DNA of 64,000 nucleotides from Candidatus Woesearchaeota archaeon (GTDB lineage: Archaea; Nanobdellota; Nanobdellia; SCGC-AAA011-G17; JAGVZY01), in NCBI GenBank assembly GCA_018302225.1, contig JAGVZY010000011.1, positions 207-64,206 of the forward strand, given 5' to 3'. The notes below the pieces were generated by a model, which was not told the origin of the DNA, did not search any database, and saw nothing but the letters and a program-made list of their open reading frames with translations. Made by a program: the position numbers and the translations under genes. Positions 52,756 to 63,140 of this stretch are shown here, piece after piece (position 1 is the stretch's first letter; each line of letters opens with the position of its first letter).

Positions 52756-54108
52756 TTAATTTTCTAATTTAGAACCGTCTAATTTTACAATATCCCCATC
52801 ATTCAAGACAAGGACATTCTTGTTTAGTTTATAACCTTCTTCTTTTGCTAATTCAGCCATAGAATTAAGTTTTTCGTGTTCTCCATGTGCAGGAATTATA
52901 TACTTAGGTTTAATCATATTTACTAAATCTCTTAAGTCTTCTCTAGAAGCATGTCCTGATTGATGTATCCCAGTGAATATCCTTACTCTTGCTTTTTTTA
53001 ATAATTTTTCTAGTTTATCTCTATTTGAAATATTTTCTTCAACAGGAATAACATTACAAGAAAAAACAACATGATCTCCTTCAACTAATTTAAAATCAAA
53101 TTCTCCTCTAGCCATTCTCGATAATACAGATTTAGGTTCTCCTTGATTTCCAGTGCAGACTATTAAATATTTTCCACGTTCTTTCTCAACTTTTGCAAGT
53201 TTTTTATTTATCATACCAGCATAAGGAACTATTTCGACGTCAGCTGAAAAGTTTACTAATCCTGCTCTTTCTGCCGCACCAACATATTTTGAAAGACTTC
53301 TTCCTAAAAATATTATTTTTCTATCCATTTCTTTTCCAAAATCAATCACACTTTGTAATCTTGCAATATGACTTGCAAAAGTCGTAACTATAACTAATTT
53401 TCCGAAATTACTTGTTCCCAATAAAACATCTTTTAACATTTCCCTTGCGACTTTTTCACTAGGAGTTTTTCTTTCTGTATTTGAATATAAAGAATCAACA
53501 ACTAAAGCCAAAGCGTTTTTTTCCCCTATTTTTTCTAACACATGATAATTAGGTTTTAAACCTATAACTGGATGATTATCAAATTTAAAATCATTAGCAT
53601 AAATTATGGTTCCATCAGGAGTATGAATTGCAGTCATAACGGTTTGTAATGTAGAATGAGTCATATTAATAAACTCTATTTCTATATTTTCAGAAACTTT
53701 ATACTTAGAATTAACATTTAAAGGAACAAATCTATTTGGAATATTCACTTTATCATCAAAAAACATCTTTTTAAGAACATTCATTGTATAAGGTGTTCCT
53801 ACTAAAGGAGCATCATACCTTTGAGCCAAATATTGTGCTGCACCTAAATGATCTAAATGACAATGTCCCAAAACAATTACTTTAACATAATCTCTCCATT
53901 TTTCTATAACTCTATCATCTGGAATTGCCCCTATTTTTATTAATTGAGCATCTGTTAAATCTTCTCTATGTCCCCCTTCTTCTTCAAAATCAAGAATTCT
54001 TGGTAAAAACAGGCCCATATCACATATTACAACTTCATCATTATACTTAATGGCAGTCATATTTTTACCTGCTTCATTATAACCACCGATTGCTGCTAAT
54101 TCTATCAT
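52756..54108 (-). CDS. rnj: RNase J-like beta-CASP metallo-beta-lactamase ribonuclease
   Basis: HCHLDHLGA (HxHxDH), a beta-CASP region and a C-terminal His motif. 450 aa, with no KH domains, so archaeal RNase J rather than aCPSF1. Confidence 0.7.
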   Translation of the reverse strand: MIELAAIGGYNEAGKNMTAIKYNDEVVICDMGLFLPRILDFEEEGGHREDLTDAQLIKIGAIPDDRVIEKWRDYVKVIVLGHCHLDHLGAAQYLAQRYDAPLVGTPYTMNVLKKMFFDDKVNIPNRFVPLNVNSKYKVSENIEIEFINMTHSTLQTVMTAIHTPDGTIIYANDFKFDNHPVIGLKPNYHVLEKIGEKNALALVVDSLYSNTERKTPSEKVAREMLKDVLLGTSNFGKLVIVTTFASHIARLQSVIDFGKEMDRKIIFLGRSLSKYVGAAERAGLVNFSADVEIVPYAGMINKKLAKVEKERGKYLIVCTGNQGEPKSVLSRMARGEFDFKLVEGDHVVFSCNVIPVEENISNRDKLEKLLKKARVRIFTGIHQSGHASREDLRDLVNMIKPKYIIPAHGEHEKLNSMAELAKEEGYKLNKNVLVLNDGDIVKLDGSKLEN

Positions 54109-54150
54109 TTTCTTATTTAATATCCCTCTGTTGTTTGTATTTATAAAGAT

Positions 54151-54465
54151 TTATCTTAAAAATCTTTCCAAATTAAATTTATCTCCAAATTTAAAATTAT
54201 TTTGCTTGCTAACAAATTCGACTATATACTTAGCTTTCTGCTTAGGTATATGAAAACTAATAAAAGGCAACATCCTTTTAATATCAACAATCTTAAACCT
54301 ATAATCTAACCATATAACTTGAATAGGATAAAATACAAATAACATATGTATTCCAGCATTAAATTTCTCTTCTTTATCTAAAACAAATAATAAGTTCTTT
54401 TTCTTAGAAAACATCAAACCTCTAAACTTCTTAAATTTAGTTTTACATACTTCTAATTCTAACAT
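54151..54465 (-). CDS. DUF192 (COG1430) family protein
   Basis: FRGLMF and IHMLFVFYPIQVIWLD motifs. Confidence 0.45.
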   Translation of the reverse strand: MLELEVCKTKFKKFRGLMFSKKKNLLFVLDKEEKFNAGIHMLFVFYPIQVIWLDYRFKIVDIKRMLPFISFHIPKQKAKYIVEFVSKQNNFKFGDKFNLERFLR

Positions 54466-54495
54466 AAAAATAAAAAGGAATAAGTCTATTTAAAC

Positions 54496-55164
54496 TTAAC
54501 TTGCTATGCCTTCAATTTCTCTTATTCTATTTCTTAAAGTAACTTCACTTACACCAGTTGCTTCAACAACATCTTTCTGTGAAATCTTTAATCTTTTCTT
54601 TCTTGCTGTGAAATAAATTATTCCAGCAACAACAGATAAAGGATTTTTACCAACAAATTCTTTGTTATCTTTTAGAGAATTAAGTAACTTTTCAGCATAA
54701 GTTGTATTAGTCGCACTTAAACTTAATCTTGATGCAAATCTCATTAAATAGTCATTTAAATCAATAGTTTTTAATTTAATATTTAATTTTCTTCTTATTA
54801 ATTTACATGCCCTATTAATTTCTTTTTGATCAATTTTACTGTATTTAGTTATATCTTTAACAGTTCTTGGAAGATTATGCATCTTACAAGCTAAATAAGT
54901 ACATGCGTACATAATTGTAATAACACTTCTACCACGCGCCAAATCATGATCAATTGCTTTTTTATGCAATCTTGCAGCATCATTCATAACTTCTCTAGGT
55001 AAACTTGTTTTTAATGAGAAATTCTTTAATTCAGACATTGCTCTTACTAAATTCTTTTCTTTAGTTGAATATAACCATTGCTCTTTTACTAACTTAGTAT
55101 CTAACTCTGGTTGTGATTGTCTAAAGTCTAATACATCCTGAAAATAGCCATCTTTATTTAACAT
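54496..55164 (-). CDS. tfb: TFIIB/TFB-like protein comprising only the two cyclin-fold repeats (no N-terminal Zn-ribbon or B-reader)
   Basis: Cyclin repeat 1 (ARGRSVITIMYACTYLACKMHNLPRTVKDI) and repeat 2 with an HTH (GKNPLSVVAGIIYFTARKKRLKISQKDVVEATGVSEVTLRNR). AAGGAG and a TATA-like element lie upstream of the ATG. Confidence 0.65.
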   Translation of the reverse strand: MLNKDGYFQDVLDFRQSQPELDTKLVKEQWLYSTKEKNLVRAMSELKNFSLKTSLPREVMNDAARLHKKAIDHDLARGRSVITIMYACTYLACKMHNLPRTVKDITKYSKIDQKEINRACKLIRRKLNIKLKTIDLNDYLMRFASRLSLSATNTTYAEKLLNSLKDNKEFVGKNPLSVVAGIIYFTARKKRLKISQKDVVEATGVSEVTLRNRIREIEGIAS

Positions 55165-55516
55165 TTTTTCTCCTTAAAAACTACCCCCTTTTTGCAGAGG
55201 AAGAATTCCCCTAAACTAAACACCTTTTATATTATAAATAAGGCCTTAAGCCTCAATCTGTCCAATGACAGCACTTTTAATATACTATGTGTATAAACAC
55301 ACTTTTTTCTATTAATTAATATAACTAACATCCTGTAAACTTTATAAAGCTATCGTTTTTTTGAGAAAAATAAACCACTTAATAGTGGCTAATATGCCCT
55401 TAAAACCATTCTTCACCGCATCAGCCAAATAATTATAATTGCTTAAATCAAATGTCTCTCTATTTAACAATTAACAAAATTAAACATTTTAAGCTCATTT
55501 GTTAATAATTAAAAAG

Positions 55517-58500
55517 CTATTCTCCAATAACGGCTATAAACGTCATCACAGAAGTCTTTTTGCCAGGATCTTCATCTTGAGGTATAGTAATATTCACCTC
55601 TAAAGCAGCTTCATCACTAGAATTAACATAGTCCAAATTATCAATAGCTAATAAAGAAATAAGAGGTATATTATTCCAATTTGTTAATGAAGCAATTCCA
55701 TAACTAACACCTTCATCAGCTTCAGACACCATAAACTGATAATTATTTGTTGGATTGGGTTGTTTAACATACAAACTATCAGCATATAAAGTAATGTTTA
55801 ATTTCACATTACCATCATTTTGATATTCAAAAGGCTGAGGCAAATTATCTAAAGTATTATTCGAATCTCCAACAGTCATATTTCCAAAATAAATATAATC
55901 AACAACCATGGTTATCTCAGTCATAGAACTCAAATTGAACATTCTTATTTCGCTCCAATCACCCCATCCAGTCCCATTGTCATTTGCTCTTACATGCCAA
56001 TAATAATTTTTATCTATACCTAATTCAGTTGTTGAAGTATAATTAGAAGAATTTGTAGTTTCAGCAATTGTGGAAACATTAATATTAGGACTTCCAAACT
56101 CTATGTCATCATCAACTTGTATTTGATAAGTTAAAGGATCTTCATCTGGATCTGTTGCATTTGCCCATTTAAAATCAAGATATCTATCCCCTAATATGCT
56201 TAAATTATCAGGAATATCTAACAAAACCTGATTTGGTAATCTATTTACTATTTGTAATTGTGTTGAATTAAACCATCCTGAAGTTCCAGCTTGACTATCA
56301 GTTACTAAAACTTGACAGCCCCATAATTCGTTCTTAGTTGTATTTTCACTTTCTAAAATAAAAGTTGTCATTGCATCTTTTGTACAAGCTTCTCCTGAAA
56401 AAGTAAATTGAGTTATATTATTTTTTAACCATTCAACTGAACAAGTTATTGTATCTGCACCATCTGAATCAGCAGGAACAAAATTACAACTTAAATCTTC
56501 ATCAGTATAATTTGTCTGCGCTGCAATAGTTGAATTTAGATCTAAATTTGAAAGTGTTGGATTATTATTTGCAGGTGCAGCGGTTATTGTTTGTTGGATT
56601 GTATTTAAGTCATATTCATTTGCAATACAAGTAATATTATAAGTTACCAAAGAATTTGGGAAAAAACCTTTTGTAGTATAATAATATAATCCATCACTAG
56701 CATTATAATCCATAACAACAGAGGTTTTTCTATCATTAAACCAAATATTACATCCTTGATAATCTTTATCTAATTCAACTGAATAAAAAATCCCGGATAG
56801 AAAGGTACGTTGAGTAAAATTAAAATTAGTATTATTATATAAATCCATAGAAGTTATATAAGCTTGATCCCCCCCATCATAAAAACTCATATAAGTTCCA
56901 ATAATATCATCTACCCACCCATCATAATCCATATCTGCAACTTGCCACCAAGAACTTCTTCCATCCCATGAAGTTTCATAAACAACATTTCCATTTTTAT
57001 CAATAATAAAAGATTCATAAGGGGCATTATGATCAGAAACTACAATTTCATTAATTATTCCATCATTATCCAAATCTGCACTTGCCAAATAATAAGGATT
57101 ATCAAAATCAGCATTAGAATAACTTTTAATTATATCTCCAGTTTCATTAAAAAAATAAATTAAATCAGGTGTAGCATCAAAAGTTCCTACACCCACATCA
57201 TCTTCTACACCATCATTATCAAAGTCTCCAATTATTATATCTGAAACAGGATTGGCATTATTAGGACCAATTTCTTCTATTATATTAACAGCCCATAATA
57301 AACTACCACTATTATTTACTGCAACTAAATAATTTTTAGAATTACTTGCAATTATATCATCAAAACCATCATTATTTAAATCTACAACTTTAACTAAATC
57401 ATTATTCACAGCTATATGATTACCTCCAAGAGCTGAAGAAGTATATGTCCAAATAGGTGTTAACACATAATTTACCAAAGTTAAAGGAATAAATTTAAGA
57501 TCATTATTACTTGCACTATTTTCTATTCCAACATAAACTATATCTTCTATAGCATCGTTATTAAAATCTCCTTTAGAAATACCTATAACTCTATAATCTG
57601 AAAATTGATAACTATCAATAACCCCACTTAGATTATACACGCTTATATTTGCAGTTTCAGATGCAGCATTAAACATCACTGCAATTTCATCTGCATAGGT
57701 GTCATTATTAAAATCACCATAAACCATTCTACCCCTATCTCCTTGCCCCACAGGAGTTACCGATATGCTTGCTAATTGTTCAAATCGTTCATTAAAAGCG
57801 TAAAGATTGTTAAATCCTGAATTATCTGTATCAAACCATGCCCAAAAATCATCAGTTTCTCCATCGTTATCTAAATCAACATTAAAAATAGATTTATCAT
57901 AGTTATAAATCGATTCAACCTCATCACCATATATTCCGGAACTAATATTAAGATAATTACCCATCACCGCTGTTGAGCCAATTAAACCTGCAAGAAGAGG
58001 TTCATTAATTGGAAAAACAATTATATCATTATAACCTCTTTTTGAAATATTAATACTATCACTTGAAGTATAATTAGCATAAAAAACAATAGAATTATGA
58101 ACGTCTAATAATGCAGGATCTGTAATACTACCCCATGCATTCAAAGAAGAACTTCCAAGATTAACTGTAAATGTTCTTGACTCTGAAGTATTTTCAACAA
58201 CAGCAACACCTTTATCTGCACAAGTAATATTCCACTCATAAGTTTGTCCTTCTCTAAACCCACCATAACTTATATTTGCAGTACCTCCATTAATCTGATA
58301 ATTATGTAAAACAAATTTGTTATCAATCATTAAACTACAGTTTGAAATACCATCAGAAACATCACTAGAACTAAATAAAAAGTCAATATAACTAGTTGAA
58401 GAAATATTTCCATTTGGAGGACCAACTAAATCAACAATAGGATAATCCAATGGAGCTAAAGTTTGTATAGTATCTGTTGCATCAAATGTAACTGCACCAC

Positions 58501-59803
58501 CAGAACCTGCAGTAGTTATGGTATTAGTAGCATCTGCAGAACACCAACCCACAGTCCAGATTATAACTTGATTATCTTGAGCCTTATCCCATGTATTTGC
58601 AGTAATTCGATATCCATCTGAACTATCACAAGCAGCACATCCAGAATAATCTGTTGCGGTAATATACAGATTATTACTTCCACATGTATTAGTTATTTGA
58701 GTTGCATCATCAGTTAACCACAACACATAATCACCTGCAGCGTTTCCACTGTTATCATACTGTCCAGTACAAGTTGTTGTTTGTCCAGAAGCCAAGGTAG
58801 TTGCAACACAAGTTATACTATCGTCAATGATTGTAGAAGCATCTGAAACTTTAATTGTCCAATAATCACTTTGTTTATCATTTAAAGTAGTATAAAATTC
58901 ATAATCTGTTGGAGGTGTAGTTAATTGGGGAGAGTTAATAATATATTCTACATAATTTGAATTTAAAAATTCTATAAAATTATATTCAGAATTATATTCT
59001 CCAAGATTTCCCCCCTTGGTATCAACCATTGTCCAAGAATTAGGATAATAATCTCTTAAAGTTCCATTTAAACTTGTTCCAACTTTCATCAAAACATCTG
59101 CAGCAGGTGGAGCTTTATGCTGCCCACATTTATGACAATCAGGTTCTCTTGTAAAATCAACATCTACCACATTTAAAATTCCAGAAGTCAACATATAATT
59201 TGTTTCTGCATATTGTAAATAAATTGTGAAATTATAATCTCCAGTTTTATTTGGAGCATATAAATCAAATGCATTAAAACCAACACTATAATTATAATTT
59301 CCTGTATATCCTGTTCCAAAACCTTCACCAACAGTATAATTTCCTTCAATTAAATTAAATTCTCCACCAGACTCTAAAATAAATTCTTGTAACTCTAAAG
59401 AATATTCTACTCCATCTAAATACACAACAATTTTTGACGAAGGAGGTATTAAATCTTCTTCATTCAAATTAAGATTAATATTACCTAAAATTAATCCACC
59501 AGAATTATAATTAAACTGATCTAAAGAATATTGAATAACCCCCATTCCAGTTATATTTGAAACATAAAAAAAACCTAAAACAAAGCCCAGTGCAATCAAA
59601 GCAAAAACCACAACAGAAATCTCAAAAGTTTTATGTAGTGTAATTCCTTCTTTTTTATCAGAAGAGTTTAACTTCGAACCAACATAAATACTTCTAACTT
59701 TACCATCTTCCCCACGCACACTCTTATAATAATAAGGGCCTATCTTCTTTCCATTCTGATATATATACCTCTTATAGACCATTAAAAACCCTCTTTCTAA
59801 CAA
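55517..59803 (-). CDS. Giant (1428 aa) type-II-anchored surface protein with FG-GAP / calcium-binding beta-propeller repeats
   Basis: A short cytoplasmic N-terminus, a TM (ISVVVFALIALGFVLGFFYV) and multiple DxDxDG repeats (DLDNDGETDD, DFNNDAIEDI, DLNNDGFDDII, DFDNDGVEDD, DLDNDGIINE, DMDYDGWVDD). Rich in N/T/S. Confidence 0.6.
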   Translation of the reverse strand: MLERGFLMVYKRYIYQNGKKIGPYYYKSVRGEDGKVRSIYVGSKLNSSDKKEGITLHKTFEISVVVFALIALGFVLGFFYVSNITGMGVIQYSLDQFNYNSGGLILGNINLNLNEEDLIPPSSKIVVYLDGVEYSLELQEFILESGGEFNLIEGNYTVGEGFGTGYTGNYNYSVGFNAFDLYAPNKTGDYNFTIYLQYAETNYMLTSGILNVVDVDFTREPDCHKCGQHKAPPAADVLMKVGTSLNGTLRDYYPNSWTMVDTKGGNLGEYNSEYNFIEFLNSNYVEYIINSPQLTTPPTDYEFYTTLNDKQSDYWTIKVSDASTIIDDSITCVATTLASGQTTTCTGQYDNSGNAAGDYVLWLTDDATQITNTCGSNNLYITATDYSGCAACDSSDGYRITANTWDKAQDNQVIIWTVGWCSADATNTITTAGSGGAVTFDATDTIQTLAPLDYPIVDLVGPPNGNISSTSYIDFLFSSSDVSDGISNCSLMIDNKFVLHNYQINGGTANISYGGFREGQTYEWNITCADKGVAVVENTSESRTFTVNLGSSSLNAWGSITDPALLDVHNSIVFYANYTSSDSINISKRGYNDIIVFPINEPLLAGLIGSTAVMGNYLNISSGIYGDEVESIYNYDKSIFNVDLDNDGETDDFWAWFDTDNSGFNNLYAFNERFEQLASISVTPVGQGDRGRMVYGDFNNDTYADEIAVMFNAASETANISVYNLSGVIDSYQFSDYRVIGISKGDFNNDAIEDIVYVGIENSASNNDLKFIPLTLVNYVLTPIWTYTSSALGGNHIAVNNDLVKVVDLNNDGFDDIIASNSKNYLVAVNNSGSLLWAVNIIEEIGPNNANPVSDIIIGDFDNDGVEDDVGVGTFDATPDLIYFFNETGDIIKSYSNADFDNPYYLASADLDNDGIINEIVVSDHNAPYESFIIDKNGNVVYETSWDGRSSWWQVADMDYDGWVDDIIGTYMSFYDGGDQAYITSMDLYNNTNFNFTQRTFLSGIFYSVELDKDYQGCNIWFNDRKTSVVMDYNASDGLYYYTTKGFFPNSLVTYNITCIANEYDLNTIQQTITAAPANNNPTLSNLDLNSTIAAQTNYTDEDLSCNFVPADSDGADTITCSVEWLKNNITQFTFSGEACTKDAMTTFILESENTTKNELWGCQVLVTDSQAGTSGWFNSTQLQIVNRLPNQVLLDIPDNLSILGDRYLDFKWANATDPDEDPLTYQIQVDDDIEFGSPNINVSTIAETTNSSNYTSTTELGIDKNYYWHVRANDNGTGWGDWSEIRMFNLSSMTEITMVVDYIYFGNMTVGDSNNTLDNLPQPFEYQNDGNVKLNITLYADSLYVKQPNPTNNYQFMVSEADEGVSYGIASLTNWNNIPLISLLAIDNLDYVNSSDEAALEVNITIPQDEDPGKKTSVMTFIAVIGE

Positions 59804-59922
59804 AAGCCTGCATAATCAAATGTAGTGTAAGAAGTCTTTTATATAATTTTGCCTTTATTTTCCAAACTTATATCTTCAAAAACCGTAAAGAATAAATAAA
59901 AGCCTTACTTTTAAAACAAATA

Positions 59923-62900
59923 ATGAGTAAAATATCTAAAATTATATTACTTGCATTCGTATTAATAATAATTCTACCATTAATTCTTGGAATAGACTGG
60001 CAAATGTATCTTCAAACCTCTGAAGGTGTCACAAATATAACAGATATTGGCCCAGATTACTCAAAAGTACAAGATTTAAACTATCTAAAAAATATAGGAA
60101 TTATAGAAACTATAGATATAAACTCTGGAGAATCTATAGACTCTCAACCACTTATAAATGATGGAATTTTATATATCAGTTCAAACGCAAATTTGTATAT
60201 TATTAATTTAACCGATAATTCTAAAACTTCATTTTCTCATGCTTGTACCTTAGCTTACTCTACACCTGCAATTTATGAAAATAAAATATGTTATGGAGAT
60301 TGTTCAAGTTTCTATTGTAGAAATAGATTTACAGGAGAATTATTATTAAATTACACAGAAGAAAGTATTGATTTTAGTTATCAATCTCCAAAAATTAAAG
60401 AAGATATTATTTACATTAGTTCAAATACAAAAGTTTTTGCATTTAATTTAACTGAACTTTCTAAAATATCAGAATTAGAGTTTCCTTACCCATCGCATGT
60501 ACCTCAATTCCTCGGAAATCCTGCTCTCTCAGAAAATGAATTATTTGCAGCAAGTTTAGGATACTCAGAATCAGGGATAGTCCTCTCTTGTAATTTATCA
60601 AATCTTTCAGAAATAAATTGGCAAAAAGAAATAACAAGAACAAATCTTCAAAGTGGTCCATGGTATAATTCGATTATTTATTATAATAATTCAATATTTA
60701 TTCCAATAAAAACAACAAATACAGAATCAACACCTTCCTTTATTGTGCAATATAACACACAAACAGGAGAAGAACTTTGGCAGTATAATCTAACACCTTA
60801 TACTCAAATGAGCGAAAAAAATAATTTTTTAATTTATAATAATCGTGCTTATATAACCAGTTTAGATTTTAATTGGGATGAAGGTCTTGCAGAAGCTTAT
60901 TTATGGGCCTTTGACTTAAACAATAACTCATTAGCTTGGAAGTCAAATCCATTCACAGATTTTATTTGGTCTACACCAATGATAACCTCGAATAATTTAC
61001 TTTATTTTGGTTCTGGATATATGACTAATCAAATTTATGCATTCAATTTAGAGGGTTCTTTATTATGGAACTATTCAACTGGTGGATTAAATGGTATTGA
61101 TTCAACCCCTGCAATTTATAATAATTCATTATACTTTGGAAGCGATGATGCAAAAATTTACATTTTACATTCATTCACAAATACAAAAGATATAGATTCA
61201 GATGGCTACCCAGACTATATAGACTGGGATGATGATAATGATGATGTTAATGACACTATAGATAGTATTAATGGAAATCTAACAGTATTAGAAACAAACA
61301 ATCAAAATAATAATATTAACAATCTAACAATACAAATAGATAATTCTGAGGATTTACAACAAACTCTAACTTCAAACGCAACAATTACTTTTTATGAAAC
61401 AGAAGAATCAACTGAAGAACAAAAACCAATAATAAACTTCACATTTGATTTCTCAGAAAATAAATTAGACTTATCAGAAATAAAAATAATTAAACAAGAA
61501 AACACAAGTGAATCAGGTTCTTTAATTATTACAGGAATTGAACTTCCAGAAGGACAAACTAAAACCGTTTATATGGATAATTTAAATGATAATATTAATA
61601 CTGTTTGTATTTTAGATCAAGAATTTACAAATTTAGCATTTGCAGGTCTTCAAGAAGCCACACTCGAATGTAATGGAGAAAATGAAACTTTATTAACCTG
61701 TAATAACATTGAATCAAATGGTTACAAATGTACTAATCTAGGTGCAAAATATGAAATTTCGGGTTTAAAACACTCAGGCATTTCAGAAATGAAATATGTT
61801 ATCATCTCAGATCAAGAATTCTTAGCAAATAATACTTTAACTCTAAATATCTCAGAATATTTTAATAATATTACTTATTATAAAGTTAAAGATCCTTCCG
61901 ATTTATTAGACTGCCACTTTGAAAATTCAACAATCTGTGAAGACTATGAAACACCAGAAAATATAGAGTCAACTCTTTTAGAAAAAGGGATTAATTTCAC
62001 AAATACTGCAACAATTAAGTATGATTTAAACAATAATTTTAATATCAGCCAAGGAACAATATTAATAACTTACCAACCGAATTTTAATAATATTCCAAAC
62101 AATCTAGCTTATTTATTAACAACTTCAACTTTAAATGAAAATCCCTATATAATCAATGTCCAAAAGTCAGGAGATTTATGCTTCCATATATTTAACAACA
62201 CCTATCAATCAGGCGGAGATGCAGACTCTAGTGGATTTGGAACACGATTATGTTCTTCAAAAACAGACTGGAACTCTTCAAATGAATACAAAATAGCTGC
62301 AACTTGGAATTCAGAAACAGGTTTAGTTCAATTATATTTAGACAATCAACAATTAATCAACAAAACAACTACTCTACCAAAATATACTGGAAATCAAATT
62401 AAATTAGGAAATTATGACAATTCAACAGGCTATTATTATAATGCAACCCTAGGCATAAGTGATTACATTGCAGATGGAGTTATAAAAAGATTATTAATTA
62501 GTAATAGAGTATATTCAGAACAAGAAATTTACTTCACACCAGAAAACTCGGACTATTTCAAAAATATAAATATCACCATAAATAATGAAGTTGTAACAAT
62601 AATCTCAAAAGATAATCAAAGTAGTACAAATTACATCCAATTCAAAGGTTATGATTCAGAAGGAATTACTTATAGTAGGCCAATAAAAATAACAATAAAT
62701 GAATATGTTGAAGGTTCGAATAATGAAAATTCAAATAGCCAACCTCCTTCTAGTTCATCTTCAAGCCCCTCATCCAGCTCAAGCTCTTCAAATATAATCT
62801 CAAGCACATTACCTCAAGAAACGAAATTAATTTTAGATGATTCTCAAATAACACAGGATAAACCTATTGAATCGACTGAATCAACTCAAGAAAATACAAA

Positions 62901-63105
62901 TAACAACATTGCAGATATGTTAGATGAATATTCAAAGAATAGTATTTCTAAAAATCTTTTGACAGGTGCAGTTACATTTGCAGATACAACTATTAAAAGT
63001 AAAACTCCTTCAAAATTAGCAATAATTATACTTCCTATAACCCTTTTACTTCTTATTTTAAACAGTCTATACAAATTTAAAAGTAAATTAAAAAATAGTG
63101 AATAA
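59923..63105 (+). CDS. Giant (1060 aa) surface protein: signal peptide, PQQ-like beta-propeller, calcium-binding Asp cluster, LamG/ConA-like domain, Ser-rich stalk and a C-terminal TM anchor
   Basis: Signal MSKISKIILLAFVLIIILPLILG. Repeated LYISSN..LYIINL / LYFGSG..IYAFNL propeller motifs. Asp-rich DSDGYPDYIDWDDDNDDVNDTID. A LamG-like block (LYLDNQQL...IKLGNYDNSTGYYYNATLG). A PPSSSSSSPSSSSSSS stalk and the C-terminal TM LAIIILPITLLLLIL followed by basic residues. Confidence 0.6.
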   Translation: MSKISKIILLAFVLIIILPLILGIDWQMYLQTSEGVTNITDIGPDYSKVQDLNYLKNIGIIETIDINSGESIDSQPLINDGILYISSNANLYIINLTDNSKTSFSHACTLAYSTPAIYENKICYGDCSSFYCRNRFTGELLLNYTEESIDFSYQSPKIKEDIIYISSNTKVFAFNLTELSKISELEFPYPSHVPQFLGNPALSENELFAASLGYSESGIVLSCNLSNLSEINWQKEITRTNLQSGPWYNSIIYYNNSIFIPIKTTNTESTPSFIVQYNTQTGEELWQYNLTPYTQMSEKNNFLIYNNRAYITSLDFNWDEGLAEAYLWAFDLNNNSLAWKSNPFTDFIWSTPMITSNNLLYFGSGYMTNQIYAFNLEGSLLWNYSTGGLNGIDSTPAIYNNSLYFGSDDAKIYILHSFTNTKDIDSDGYPDYIDWDDDNDDVNDTIDSINGNLTVLETNNQNNNINNLTIQIDNSEDLQQTLTSNATITFYETEESTEEQKPIINFTFDFSENKLDLSEIKIIKQENTSESGSLIITGIELPEGQTKTVYMDNLNDNINTVCILDQEFTNLAFAGLQEATLECNGENETLLTCNNIESNGYKCTNLGAKYEISGLKHSGISEMKYVIISDQEFLANNTLTLNISEYFNNITYYKVKDPSDLLDCHFENSTICEDYETPENIESTLLEKGINFTNTATIKYDLNNNFNISQGTILITYQPNFNNIPNNLAYLLTTSTLNENPYIINVQKSGDLCFHIFNNTYQSGGDADSSGFGTRLCSSKTDWNSSNEYKIAATWNSETGLVQLYLDNQQLINKTTTLPKYTGNQIKLGNYDNSTGYYYNATLGISDYIADGVIKRLLISNRVYSEQEIYFTPENSDYFKNINITINNEVVTIISKDNQSSTNYIQFKGYDSEGITYSRPIKITINEYVEGSNNENSNSQPPSSSSSSPSSSSSSSNIISSTLPQETKLILDDSQITQDKPIESTESTQENTNNNIADMLDEYSKNSISKNLLTGAVTFADTTIKSKTPSKLAIIILPITLLLLILNSLYKFKSKLKNSE

Positions 63106-63140
63106 ATAAACTTATATACTTAAAATAATAAATTCTTATT

